Source: Octopus bimaculoides (Eukaryota). From it: a stretch of DNA of 64,000 bases. The notes under the pieces were generated by a model. That model ran no database searches, was not told where the DNA came from, and saw only the letters and a program-made list of their open reading frames with translations. The position numbers were made by a program, and so were the translations under genes. This document shows, piece after piece, positions 36,801 through 50,003 of the stretch (its first letter is position 1; every line of letters begins with the position of its first letter). The stretch covers positions 64,474,687-64,538,686 of the forward strand of contig NC_068990.1 in NCBI RefSeq assembly GCF_001194135.2, given 5' to 3'.

Positions 36801-38974
36801 ATATTGATTGTTATGTAATGCTGAAAGCACTACATAACAATGTACACCTGTTGTTATTAGTGGAAATAGTGGTTGTGATGTCAGTGGGAATTTAGATTAC
36901 GTTCTTGAAAATGTAATGTTGCTATTATTCATCTTGCTCATTATCATCACCACTTAACGTCCACTTTCTTTGTGGCATGGACTGGATGTGTCACTTTTTA
37001 TTTAGAGTTACTTCCTTGCTAAGTAGATTAGAGGGCTACATTTTGCTCCCATTTAATTTCTGGTTTGGTTGAAATGTAAATGCACTACTATGGTGGTGGC
37101 AGTGGCAGAAATGTTGTTAGTGTTATTGGTCAGAGACAGTGTATCTCCAATTGCATAGGGAAACCCACCCAGATTGGTATGATATTGTTTATACAATTAA
37201 TGTTCAACTTCAACTCCTGCAGACTGATGACTGCAAAGAAAGATTCGGTCATGCACAAGCCCAAAGAGGAAACCTCTATGTGAATGTAGGTCACACTAGA
37301 AATTTCCTTCAGATCATACCATACTGTCTTAAATAAGAAAAGGACACATTAGGCAATGTGGTCCTATATACACATAAAAAACTCATGATGATTACAGCTG
37401 GAATATCTATGGTCATTGATCAATTCTCTCCAGTTTGACGAAAGGCTAAACAACCACTTATGCAAGTAGTGGTTTTTAGAGGGATACACTTTTTGGAAAT
37501 CATCCACTTTGTCTCAAATCAGTCAAAAATGGAATATGTTTGTTGCTAGGAATAATTAGCATAGAATTCATTTAGTCTCAACCAGTTATTTGCCTATGTT
37601 GATTTTAAGATAATACAGATTATTGGGTTGTGGGTACAAACCTAGCTATGCATAAATTTTGCCAGTCATCATTCTAGATCTGATGGTGGCTTTCTTCAGT
37701 GGTTGAATATAATATCTTTGTAGTATAAAGAGATCGTTAGTAATCTGGATAAAATGCTTTACAGCATTTCATCTGTCTTTATGTTCTGAGTTCAAATTAT
37801 GCAGAGGTCAACATTGCCTTTCATCCTTTCAGGGTCAATAGAATAAATACCAGTTGCACACTCGGGTCAATTTAATCTACTTGGCCCCTCCCCACAAACT
37901 GCTGGCTTTGTGCCAAAATTTGAAACAAATATCAAGAGAACATTACAGAAAAGTTGGAAAATAAATAAAAGTAAAAAAAAAATGTAAATTAAAGTCTAAA
38001 AAGAGTAACAAAATTCACTTTATTATTGATGTTTTCATTTTTTTTTTGTTCAGTATATTTTAAAGTGTGATGTTGGTTGTCATTGAGTTAGGCCCCATGG
38101 TGGTGAAGTTACCGAAATAACAAAATAATGGGCTTAATGCTTTCATTTCATAAATTTAATCTCCATGTTTTTGATCAACTTAGCTTTTCACATTTCCTAG
38201 TTTCAATAAAATACATATCAGCCATCTGCTAGGCTTCATGCAATTGGGACTACAAATTTGTAGTTCTAACCTGACATATAGTGATACAAATTTACAACTA
38301 ATAGACACAGCATTTTAAATTTTTTTTCATTTTGTTACTGTTTAGTTTTGGTTAGTGTCAGATATTTCTCTTGATATTGTTTAACTACAAGTGAGCCCTG
38401 ACTGAGCAAAGGGCCTACCTATAACTATAATTGAAGGTATTCCAAGGATGGCCGTCTTGTCTTTTATTCAGAGATAGTCTATAACGTTTTAGGACTGCAT
38501 TAGCCAATACGTTGTTGTATGCGATTAAAATTGCATGAAGATAATCGGCTGTTATTTCTTGCCTGTCAACAGACCATGTAGAGGACTTTGTTCAGTATAT
38601 GTATATTTATGTATAAAGAATTGAATCTGAATGTCTGGAGGCAATCTGATTCAATTCTTTAATGGTATGTCACTTTTGAAGAATTCTTAATTCTTGAGAT
38701 AATCTCCCCTTTTCATTTGGAGGTCTCCTAATTGCCACTGAGCAATTGTTCTGTCTTCTGTGGTAATAGAGATAATTACAATATATCAACAATTTATCTT
38801 TTACAGTATTTAATTTTCCATTACTCATCATTGTTATTCAAAACATGTAATTAGACACTGAGTTATTCCTGTTAGCTCATTTTCATACAAAATAAAGTCT
38901 GTTATATTTTATAAATTAATGTTTTAGATGTAATTTGTCCTAATCAAAATAAAAGCAAAATTATTTTCTTGCAG

Positions 38975-39037
38975 GAAATTAAAGATCATATGGCCAGCCC
39001 GGCTACAAAGTCAAAAGAACAAGCAAAAGTTAGACAA
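38975..39037 (+). CDS. STX6: Syntaxin-6 coding exon 4
   Basis: ttattttcttgcAG acceptor and GTAAGT donor. 63 nt, phase 0/0, EIKDHMASPATKSKEQAKVRQ (compare STX6 DMKDQMS.......ERKNRQ). Not in the ORF track because it is short. Confidence 0.92.
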
Positions 39038-40487
39038 GTAAGTCTTACAATAGACCATTTTTTCCAGAAGGACTGATAGGAGGCAGGGAGATATAATGGC
39101 TAGTTTTGTGAGACTTGCAAAGTCAGTTTTTGTCTTTTGAATTGATGGAACAAAACTTGGTTCACTGAATAAGCTCTCAAATCCTGTCCCACCATTGCAT
39201 GTAGCATAATTACTGCAACATATTCTACTCTGTTTTTCTAATTCTTGATTCTATCCAATTCTAACTAATTTTACTTTGTTTACCCTTCTTGTCTGTCAGC
39301 TTCTCTCTCTCTTCCCCACTTGCATCTAGATTCCAAAACCAAATTGTTATCCAGTCCTTCATTGTTAATGTACTCTACTCATATTTTTGTTTTAAATCTT
39401 ACCATTAACCATCAGTAACTAAACTCATGTTGTTTAATTCTTTTTGTTTATTGCAGTAAAGCTGATGTAAATCGAATCTCCTCTAAGATATAATGTTAGT
39501 CTAGCCTAGATATCTTTTCTAAGCTGCTCTTATATATATCCTCCAGAAATAAGTGATAGGAAGTACATAGAAATAAGAGATAAATAAATGAATGCCCGAA
39601 GACACAAAGAAATGTCTTCTGCAGATATGAATCTATGAACCATGTGATGGTTGTTCAGTGCAAAGTGGAAAATAGATCAGATGTTCTATTTATAGAATAG
39701 AATTGATTGTACTATAAATGGCCTTTTGATTGAAGTACATGTCATTTTCAGTAATCACCGAACTATTCAACTCATATTTTTTTGAAAGTATTTAAAAATT
39801 TTTAAATATATATTTTAAAAGGTCACAAGATATCCTTCATAGAAGATAAATGACCAAGATGACACAGGAAGATGATGTAAGGTCAAACATTGTGAACTTG
39901 ATAGATGAGTTGATTGCAGGAAGAGCATTAGGTGCTATACTGCAAACATATGTCACCAGAGAAAATAGATTTTAATCAATAATATTGATAGTTGTTTTTG
40001 TTTTCTTTTCATCAGTTATGGATCTTTAATTGTTTTCATCTGCTTTATCCTCCTTCACACCCTATTTGATTCAATCACTGAATCATTTCTACTTTCTGTC
40101 CATTTTTTTAAATCACATTTATGAATGTTTTTAAATGTTTGTCTTTTGTTTTGCAAGATTCCTGATGTGAAATCATGTGTTTAAACAGATATTGTTATGT
40201 TTTGAGATTGTCATTTTTTTTCTTTCTTTCTTTTTTTTTTTCCATTAATCACATGCACTATATATCCGTTCTTCATTTTAGCTTTATTATATTGTTCTAA
40301 TCTTAATGTCCTTTGTCTAAAATCTTTCCTCACATCCTGTGCCCTCTTCAGCAACTCCCCATCCCATGTGTCTGTTCTGCTTAGTCCATTCTGGCTTCCA
40401 GAAAGCCAGAATGGATGAAACAGGAAACATTTCAATCAAAGGACACTAAAATAAGAGCAATAGTAAAGCTGAAGTGAAGAACAAGTA

Positions 40488-41761
40488 ACAGGTCATCCCA
40501 TAAGTTCTGTCCGATTTTACCTTTTTTAAAATTGAATGAAATTTAATAGTATTTTAGAATGTCTTATGGAATTAAAAATTATTTTTATGCATTTGTGTAC
40601 ATTTAAACTAATTAAATATTATTTTACAGAATAATAGTATTATAATTTCTTTGATTAAAACCGTTTCTAACATGGAAGTATCCAAAGAGCATTTAAGGCA
40701 CATAATGCTNNNNNNNNNNCAAAGCGACTCAAAACATACACTCAGTTTCTGGGAAAGAATGCTTGAATGAAAAAACTTGCAGAAGATGGTTTGCAAAATT
40801 CAGGAGTGGAGATTTCAGCCTTGAAGGTGAAGATCGAACAGGACGTCCAGTTGAGTTTGAGGATAAGTTCCTTGAGGCATTACTTGAAGAAAATCCTGCA
40901 TTATCAGTTGAAGAATTGGCAATAAAGCTTAGTTCAAACCATACAACTGTTCATCGTCATCTTCAACAACTTGGAAAGGTTCCTAAACCTGGAAAATGGG
41001 TGCCTCATGAATTGTCCGAAAGCAACCACAAATCCTAAGTTCACATCTGCTCTTCTCTCCATTCTCGCAAACTCATTTCACCCTTTTTGGATAGATTTGT
41101 GACTGGTGACGATAAATGGATCTTCTATCAAAATGTGAAATGTCATAAACTGTGGCTTGGTAAAAGGGAAAATGCTCAACCACCACAACTAAGAAGGGAA
41201 CTTCATGGGAAAAAGGTTCTTCTCTTTATCTGGTAAGATTGTAAAGGAGTAATTTTCTTTGAATTGTTACCACCCAATGCAACAATCAATGCTCAAGTAT
41301 ACTGTCAGCAATTAGAGCATTTGAACCAAGCTTTGAAGAAAAAAAAGACCCGCTTTAGTGAATTGTAAAGGAGTGATGTTTCATCAGGACAATGTGTGAC
41401 CCCACACTGCAAAGATCACATCATAGTAGATCAAAGAGCTTGGTTGGGAAAAAATATCTCATCCACCTTATTCTTCCGACCTTGCTCCATCAGACTACTA
41501 TTTGTTTCGTAGTTTACAGAATCATTTAGGGGACATAACTTTCTCAAGCCAGGAGGGGGTTGAAACTGACATTTTAGAGTTCTTCACTTGGAAACCAAAA
41601 GAGTTTTACATTGATGGGATTAAAAAGCTTGTAAATAGATGGAAGGAAGTCATAGATAATCAGGGAAAGTACATTGATGATTAAATTTCAATTAAATATA
41701 AAACATTTGATCACTTGTTTTCTTTATTCAAAATTCGGACAGAACTTAAGGGATGACCTGA
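40488..41761 (+). mobile_element. Full-length but inactivated mariner (D,D34D) element
   Basis: TIRs (A/T)CAGGTCATCCC(A/T)TAAGTTCTGTCCGA, TA flanks at 40486-40487 and 41762-41763. Transposase 40672-41684 with WVPHEL, TGDDKW, HQDN and YSSDLAPSD, and 34 codons between the second and third Asp. Several stops and at least one frameshift. 10-N gap at 40710-40719. Confidence 0.93.
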
Positions 41762-43151
41762 TATATAGAGTGTGTGTGTGTTCTGAAAAAAAAAAAAAAA
41801 TTAAGATAAAATTCCATCCTGAAATATAACAATAATGATTTTTAATGTTTTCTTTTTATCTGTCAGTGTTACTATTAGTTACCTCACAGTTGTCGTGTCT
41901 TTAAATAAGGAATAGCTTAGTATATAACAGTATTTGTTCATGGGAGGTTTTAAACACAGTGTCTTTTAGCTATCAAAACAACAGTTATTTTATGGTTTGC
42001 TGATTGTGTGTGGTGATGTTGTTTGTTATTTGTCTATAAGTATCTATTTTTTCTGTTTGAATAACTGAGTTATTTGGAGTTTGGTAACTCTACTGCATAC
42101 ACTGTACAGTACCCAATATTGAGCCTTTCAGACTTGATTAGCTACAATCTGATTCTCTATTTTAAGTTAGTATTGTAATGGTTGCTGATATAGACATAAG
42201 GTCAAAAATTTTGTTAGAGGAGTAAATCAATTAAATTGACCCCAAAAGAATGAAAGGCAGACTTGACATTGGCTGAATTTGAAGTCTACAAATACCACAA
42301 GACATTTTCTCCAACAACTTAATGATGCTGCTTATCTGTTGCCCTAATTTAATGTTATAATGATTGTAAAGAAAAGATCTTCAGTAACCAATCACATTTT
42401 CACTTGTTAAAAAAAATATTCTGCTAAATTTGTCTTTAAATAGAAAGGCACAATGCTTAAAAGATCTAAAAATTGATTGAGACAATAAATTTGTTTTTCA
42501 CAGTTGTGTTTAGGAAGAGATATCAGACGATTAGAAAAATATATAACAGATCCTATGCATATATTCAAATTTAAAGCAATCTTAGAGAACAAAACAGAAG
42601 CAAAGCTAGTTAAAAAAACGTACATGGGAAATTTTAAAAAGAACATCAAAGTTTTGTTAATCAGAGAATAAGATTAAATTTGTAATTTTTACTGTTTTTC
42701 AGTCATTAAACTGTGACCATGCTGAAACAGTACATTCAAGGGTCTGGTTGATGATATTAAGTTTAATATTTATCTCAGTATAGTGCTTATTTTATTGATT
42801 TCTATTCATATAATAGCTAAGTTACTTTTTTACATGAAGGGATGCAATTCAAAGATATATATGTTTTTACACACACGCACACACACACACACACAACAGG
42901 CTTCTAAGCAGTTTCTATCCTGCTGAATTCCACTCTTAAGACATTCATCAATATGAGGTTACAGTAGAAAACACTTGCTTAAGGTTTTGTACAAAGGGCT
43001 TAAACTCAGAACAATTTAAGTGTGCAGCTGTGGCTATTGAAATAAAGAACAAGAATTAAAATATAAAAAATTTCACTGCTTTAGCATATTCTTGAAATGC
43101 TAACTTCTTTAACTTTTGCTAGTGCAAAGCACGCACTCATGTGCACACACA

Positions 43152-43186
<35 letters not shown>

Positions 43187-44313
43187 TCATTTCTTAATGC
43201 TAGCAAAAATTATAGAATAAAATTAACTTTTCTCGAATATATACATTTGCTTCATTTTAGACAAAATTCATTTTTTCTTTTTTTGCAAAGAGAATTTGGT
43301 CTGTTCTAAAACATTAAATCAACCTCAGGAGCACAACTTTCTGATACACCAATAGCACGTGGGTGGTGAAGTGTTTCAAAACCAACATGATGCATCAGAA
43401 TGTCAGAGAATTAATACCATTAAATGATTCCCTAATTATTGAAAAAGTTTTTGTTCTCTGCTCATTGAATCTAATTATGATAATTGAAATACTCCGTTTG
43501 ATAACTGCAAACCATCACCATCACTCTAGTGTTTCTGATGCTTTTTTTTCCTTTTGTTTCTTCTTAACAAGTACATAATTGTTTCCTTTTTGTTGTCATG
43601 GGAATTGATCTGTTACTCTAAAGATCACTGTGTTTTACACTGAGCACTCTACTTCAACATTATATGGATTCTTTGAATCTCAATTCCTTGTTTAATTTTG
43701 TCATCAAGTAATGGATTTTAAACCTGCTGTGTAAATTCTTAAATGGATTATGGTGAAATTAACTAGCATTAAGCTTGCTTACACTTTATGCAAGTGACCG
43801 TTTTGTGAAGCCTTCTAAATGTTAATCACATGATCTTCTTGGCAAAGTAGCAGAAAATGTTCTTTCCATGATTAACTGTTTTCAGACATCTGCCACCGTC
43901 TCTGCTGAGTTGTGATTTCTTCTAGAAGAAATTTAATGAAAATATTTAGTTAAATTAGACTTTAAAGATAGTAAAGATGGTAGTGTAGTTGCTGAATTGA
44001 ATTTGGTTGTTCACGTTGCAATATTAGTTTGTTTCACTGAAAATTTTTTGTGCTTGTGTTTTTCTTACAGTGAAAAGTTTGAAGTCATTGTTATAGAACT
44101 GTTTGGTATGTTGGAGTTAAGACATGTCTCAATGTTTGTTTAGAAGAATTAATGTGTTGAGGTCCCTGGTTGATGATGTATGTCCTTGGAAAAAACTGTA
44201 CATCTGTCCACATGAAACAACCTGCATAAATGCAAAACCTGAATAGAAAAGGTTAAGAAAAAGAAAATTTGTATACTGAAAATATTAACAATTAAATCCA
44301 ATTATTCTTTCAG

Positions 44314-44433
44314 GCATTATTAACTACTAACGGACCAAGCACTAACAGAATGGATACCCGATATTCAAGACTTGACACAGAGATGGAAAGAAGTAACCAA
44401 AGATTTATTGATGATAATGAACAACAACAACAG
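44314..44433 (+). CDS. STX6: Syntaxin-6 coding exon 5 (linker with YxxL motif)
   Basis: attctttcAG acceptor and GTTATA donor. 120 nt, ALLTTNGPSTNRMDTRYSRLDTEMERSNQRFIDDNEQQQQ (compare ALL...KYGRLDRE...ANSHFIEEQQAQQQ). Confidence 0.92.
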
Positions 44434-44959
44434 GTTATAACTTTAAATTGAATGTCTTCTGGTTAAAAGTGGGGCTATTTCAGGAAAATAACTATTCAGT
44501 TTTCGATTTTTATAAGAGTTTTGGATGATGAAAAAGTTACAAAATAACCTTAAATGCTGCCTGAATATACAGACCTTTTCAAAGTTTCAACATGTTATGA
44601 AACTGTACTTGTGTGAGCCTCTTGAATACGTACCTTTATACATGTATGTTACATAAAAACTGCTCTGGGACCAGTATCATCATCATCATCACCACCATCA
44701 TCATCATTTAACATCCATTTCTGGTATACTTAAACTGTGTATGAGCTTGTGTGTAAATATTCACTTGTACTTATCAAAAGATATATATGCATGCATACAA
44801 TCTATTTTCTCAATGTCCACTGTTCCATTCTTGCATGATTTTCATAAGTCTTTAACATTCCATCATTTTATCTGCAAGAACCAGTTTTTAACAGATCTGA
44901 ATCAAATTTTCTTTGACATCTACTGTGTCAGAGAGGGCTTGATATGAAATAAGGCTCCC

Positions 44960-46270
44960 AGATACACAACATACACACTCATGCAATTATATACACATTG
45001 ATGCAACCACCTATATATATATACTCTGACACAATTGTATTCACATGTATACATGTGCAATTGTTTGAGAGGCAACTACATATATACATAGATGCACATA
45101 CAAAACTACATGTATGCACCCAATTTCCTACTTGTACAAAGTTACATACAAGCAGACATACTCTTACATATGCACAAACACACCTACACACATATGTCCA
45201 ATTATGGAAGCACACAACTACACAGCATACACAAACTATATACACGTACATATATTTACACACTCTTGCACAACTAGAAACTTGTACCCAACTACCTACC
45301 CATACCCAAATACATGCATGCCCACCACTACACACATACATGTACTCAGTTACAGACACACATGCAATACTACACACATGTGTACACACAGTTGTATATA
45401 TGCAGGCATGCAACTCCATTCATACATACGCATGTACATAGATACATTCAAATGTACTCATATACTTATAAACAAACTACACACACATGTATACATTCAT
45501 GCAAGTTACATACACACACACACATACACACACACTTTCAGTTATACTTCCATGTTCCTAACCACATGTAATACAACATACACACATATTACAGAAGTTG
45601 AGATATTATACAAATAGTTTCTATAGCAACATTGTAGGGGCTGATGGTTAGTTATCTAACCAACAAATTGTGTGTTACTTTTTTATGCTGGAGGTGATGG
45701 TGGTGAGAATGATGATGATGATTATTGTAATAAGAATAGCTTGAAGCTGCTGCTGATAGTGATGAAAATCTGGTAATGATGATTGCATTTTAGGATTATA
45801 ATGTGTTTTTAAAGAAGCTATTATCGACCAAAGCAAATTCACATGTGCACATGTAAGCACGTATTCACTCACTCTGAACAAGTTACTCAGAATGCTGAAG
45901 TGGTATATCAGCTCACTGTACAGGCAACACATATGCTTACTGTTGCAGTCACACATGCCAGCTCAAGAACTTACTTGCAAGCAGGGAAATGTAAACAAAT
46001 GTACATGGACAAATGTGTATAGAGATGCTGCACTTGGAGACATACAGCCAAGTGTTAACAGATGTACTTGTATGAGTGTGCATAGACAGACACAGAAATA
46101 GTTGTATAGAAGCATTCATGCAAATATGCATAGACATGTTTATTCAAGTGTAACCAAACACAGATACCTATGCAAAGTTCTACACACGTGTAACATACCT
46201 GTATATATACACAAACATACATAATGCATGTACATGGACACACACTTGCAGGAGCTACTCATACAGATGC
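44960..46270. repeat. Degenerate CA/TA-rich low-complexity region
   Basis: Long run of imperfect acacatac/atgcatac units, giving His/Thr/Tyr/Cys-rich spurious ORFs on both strands. Confidence 0.8.
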
Positions 46271-46747
46271 TCACACCAGTATGGAAAGTTGATTTAAGAA
46301 ATTCCTTTTGCAAGTCTTTGGTTGTGGGTTAAACTCCATTGGAAAGCAAACTGAAAAAAGAGTCCTCAACTACCATAGATTAAAACCTTTTGAGTGAAAT
46401 TTGGGAGAGAGAAAACTGTGTGGAAGCCCATGCCAGTCTTTATCAAGTTAACCTTTAACCTATGATCATTGACGTTCCAACATGACCATGATGTATTTTT
46501 TATGTATAGTCTCCTGCGTTATCCAATGTGTCTTTTATTTTTTAAAGGAAATTGTAATTTAGAGATGTTTGGCTGGTTATCTGAGAAGCTGAGGATGATA
46601 GTACATGGCAGATTATACTATATGTGATGACAGCAACAAGACATTGATCAGATGAAGTCTTATAGGCATTATTTTTGATAATTTAGAATGATTTATCTCA
46701 TTACTTTGTCTTACATCAGTTGTAAAATTGTATTTTCATCTTTATAG

Positions 46748-46854
46748 ATGTTGATTAACAATCAAGATGACCAACTGGACATGATAGGAGCCAGTGTTGG
46801 TGTTCTGAAAAATATGAGTCACCAAATCGGCAATGAACTGGATGACCAAAATGT
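46748..46854 (+). CDS. STX6: Syntaxin-6 coding exon 6 (Qc-SNARE helix, first half)
   Basis: tcatctttatAG acceptor and GTAAGT donor. 107 nt, MLINNQDDQLDMIGASVGVLKNMSHQIGNELDDQNV, including the 0-layer Gln. Confidence 0.95.
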
Positions 46855-47135
46855 GTAAGTTTTCAAAAATACAATATCATAGTTTATATCTGTATTTTGC
46901 ATCTGTCCGCCTGACATTATTACTTTTGCAATCTTTGCTGAAATTATATAATGGCTATGTCCCTGTCATAGGAAGACATTTTAAATATATCTCTGTATGA
47001 TGCATTGTTGCTAGTATTTTTATAAACCTTTAAGCCATTCTGATGTTGTTGATTAGTCCTGGTTAATTCTGCTTGAGTAGGCCTCCGAAATACAACTAAC
47101 ACTATGGACCCTTTACATTTGATTAATTCTTGTAC

Positions 47136-47518
47136 GGTGGAGGCGCAATGGCCCAGTGGTTAGGGTAGCGAACTCGCGATCAAAGGATCGCGGTTTCGAT
47201 TCCCAGACTGGGCGTTGTGAGTGTTTATTGAGCAAAAACACCTAAAGCTCCACGAGGCTCCGGCAGGGTATGGTGGCGACCCTGCTGTACTCTTTCACCA
47301 CAACTGTCTCTCACTCTTACTTCCTGTTTCTGTTGTGCCTGTAATTCAAAGGGCCAGCCTTGTCACACTCTGTGTCACGCTGAATATCCCAGAGAACTAT
47401 GTGAAGGGTACACGTGTGTGTGGAGTGCTCAGCCACTTGCACATTAATTTCACGAGCAGGCTGTTCCGTTGATCGGATCAACTGGAACCCTCGTCATTGT
47501 AAGCGACGGAATGCCAAC
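47136..47518 (+). mobile_element. Full-length 383-bp tRNA-derived SINE with perfect TSD
   Basis: A box TGGCCCAGTGG (47149-47159) and B box GGTTTCGATTCC (47192-47203). 11-bp TSD AATTCTTGTAC at 47125-47135 and 47519-47529. Lies in STX6 intron 6. Confidence 0.9.
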
Positions 47519-48153
47519 AATTCTTGTACAGTATCCACAATTCTTATAGTAACTGAAGACAGACAATGTTTGTGGAGTAAGTGTTTGCAAAACTTTAGAC
47601 TTCTTAGGATACACTTAGGTAGTTGATAACCCAAAACTGAATTAGTACCTTGTGTTCCAATTTCTAATGCTGTTAATTTGGTGTTTATATGGGCATTTTG
47701 ATTTTTATTAATTATCAATTATTGTCTTTGAAAAGTGTTGTTGCTATGTTAAGTACATTTGTAAGTTATTTTGGGAATTTTTCTCAGTCTTTATGTTAGT
47801 TCTTTTATATATAGATATGACTTCTTTCAGCTTCCATCTCCCAAATCTATTCACAAGGCTTTGGTTGTCCTGATGCTACAGTAGAAGACACTTGCCCTAG
47901 GTGACATGCAGTGGAACTGAACCCAGAACCATGTGGTTGGGAAGCAAGCTTCTTACCACACAGCCACACCTGCATCTATATGTCACACCTGTGCCTATAT
48001 AAAAAATATTATGACCCCATTGTGATTCAGACACGGAGCCTTCTGGTCAATTTTGTTACCAATTTTATTTTGTTTACAGAATTTGTTTTGTGTGGTAGTC
48101 TTGGGAATTGGTGATGAATTGTTCAGTCAAGGAAAGCTTCTATTTTTGTTTAA

Positions 48154-48371
48154 CCCTTTGGCAGTCATATTACTGTCAAATGTACTGCCTATTTATTCAC
48201 ATTATTTTGAATCAATCATGCATTATCTTATAGCTTCAAGATTTCAGTGATGTGACTCTTTATTTTTAGAATGACATTGTTGAGCAAGTGTGAAAAGCTG
48301 GATCTAGCCAGTATGAACATAAAACAGGTAGAATATTTGGGCTGAATATGGCCAGTTTAAATGCTAAAGGG
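48154..48371. mobile_element. 218-bp piggyBac-type MITE (TTAA target, CCC...GGG termini)
   Basis: TTAA|CCCTTTGGCAGT ... AATGCTAAAGGG|TTAA. Related copies at 54512-54873 (reverse orientation, interrupted by a SINE) and 55354-55574. Confidence 0.8.
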
Positions 48372-48609
48372 TTAATGTCTCAGTCAATAAAAAAATCAGT
48401 GCTTCTTTGAAAACCACTTCTACCATGGTAAGCATGTCCTCAATGTGTGTCCCCCATGCCACACTCTGTCAATGGAAATGACTGATTTTGTTAGCTCTAG
48501 TGATTATTTACTTTGTCATATTTGTAGTATTATTCTATGTACATAATGTTGTATGTGTTGCTGTGTGCATGTTCCTTTATTGTTGCTATATTTACATTTT
48601 TCTTTGCAG

Positions 48610-48704
48610 AATGTTAAGAGACTTTCACAAAGATTTGGAAAGTGCTGATTCTAGATTAGACAGTGTGATGAAGAAAATGGCAAAAGTGTTACACATGTCA
48701 AATG
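48610..48704 (+). CDS. STX6: Syntaxin-6 coding exon 7 (Qc-SNARE helix, second half)
   Basis: catttttctttgcAG acceptor and GTTTGT donor. 95 nt, MLRDFHKDLESADSRLDSVMKKMAKVLHMSN (compare [31 protein letters not shown]). Confidence 0.95.
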
Positions 48705-49423
48705 GTTTGTTTTTCTTCTTCTTATCTTCACCTACCTGTTCCTCTTCATTATCAATTTCATTCTTATCATGTAAACAATTTCTTTTACCATTTCTAAGAT
48801 ATTGGCTTTGCACATCACTGATTATCATGCCTTCCTACCAACTGGATTTTTTAATTACAAGCTTCTGTTTTAGGTTGTTAAATTTCATATTTGCTTTTAC
48901 ACTCCTTTTTTTTGCCAAGTCTCATACCCTTTAAACAGAATCTTCCTACATTTTGTTTTAATTATCTATTTATTATTTCCTTTTAAACCTCTTTCATATT
49001 TTCATTCTATTCTACTTTTCTTCCCTCATTCTTCTACTCAACTTGGTTTATACCTCTAGAGTCTGTTTCATATGAATGATGACTCTGAGCAATTAATCTC
49101 ATTGGTCTACAACAAGAACCTGTTCTTCTCCTTCTTTCATACTTTAACCCCCTCATTTAGCACGAAGCCAACCTCCCTGTGATTGGGGTTCATAGTCTTA
49201 TATGAGCTGCATAGCATTAGTAGTATTAGTGTCATGAAAAAAAGCACCCAGTATACTTTGTGAAGTGGTTGGCATTAGGAAGGGCATCCACCTGCAGGAA
49301 CCATGCTGAAGCAGATGTTGGAGCATGATGCAGTCCTTGAACCCGTTGAATCCTGTCATACTGCCCAACCCATGCCAATATAGAACATGGACATTAAATG
49401 CTGATGATTTATGTTTTTAAATA

Positions 49424-50003
49424 TGCGATTGAGAAGACCCAGCAAGTAAAGTGAGATCACAGCTGTAGCTTATACCAGTGTCGCATAACCACCCCATTGA
49501 AAAATACCCTTGAATCATTGGGCGATGCGCTGCACTTGAAAAGACCTACTGAGTCGAGTAAAATCAAAAATCAAAATGAAAATGGAAATTGTAGTTGTGG
49601 CCAATGCCAGTGCTGCCTGACTGGCACCCATATTGGTGGCACATAGTAAGCACCATTCAAGCATGGGTCGATTCCAGTGCTGCCTGACTGGCTCCCTGTG
49701 CTGGTGACACGTAAAAAGTACCATTCGAACATGGTCGATGCCAGTCTCTCCCCCCACCACTACTGGCTCTTGTGCTGGTAGCACGTAAAAAGCACCATCC
49801 GAACGTGGTCGATGCCAGTGGCATGTAAAAAGCACCCACTACACTCTTGGCGTAGTTGGCATTAAGAAGGGAATCCAGCTGTAGAAACCTTGCCAGATCA
49901 GATTGGAGCCTGGCACAGCCTACTGGCCTACCAGTCCCCAGTCAAACCGTACAACCCATGCCAGCATGGAAAATGGACGTTAAACGATGATGATGATGAT
50001 GAT
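49424..50003 (+). mobile_element. RTE 3'-tail-only copy with tandem subrepeats and (GAT)n end
   Basis: Colinear with 9340-9935. Other tail copies at about 12925-13095 (-), 29310-29515, 49230-49410 and 50150-50297. Confidence 0.8.

Noticed and set aside
44741-46243. Cluster of His/Thr/Cys-rich ORFs on both strands
   Set aside because: Translation of degenerate CA/TG dinucleotide repeats.
47136-47210. tRNA-like sequence with A and B boxes
   Set aside because: No complete cloverleaf or acceptor stem, and it continues into a 383-bp body with a TSD, so it is a SINE head rather than a tRNA gene.
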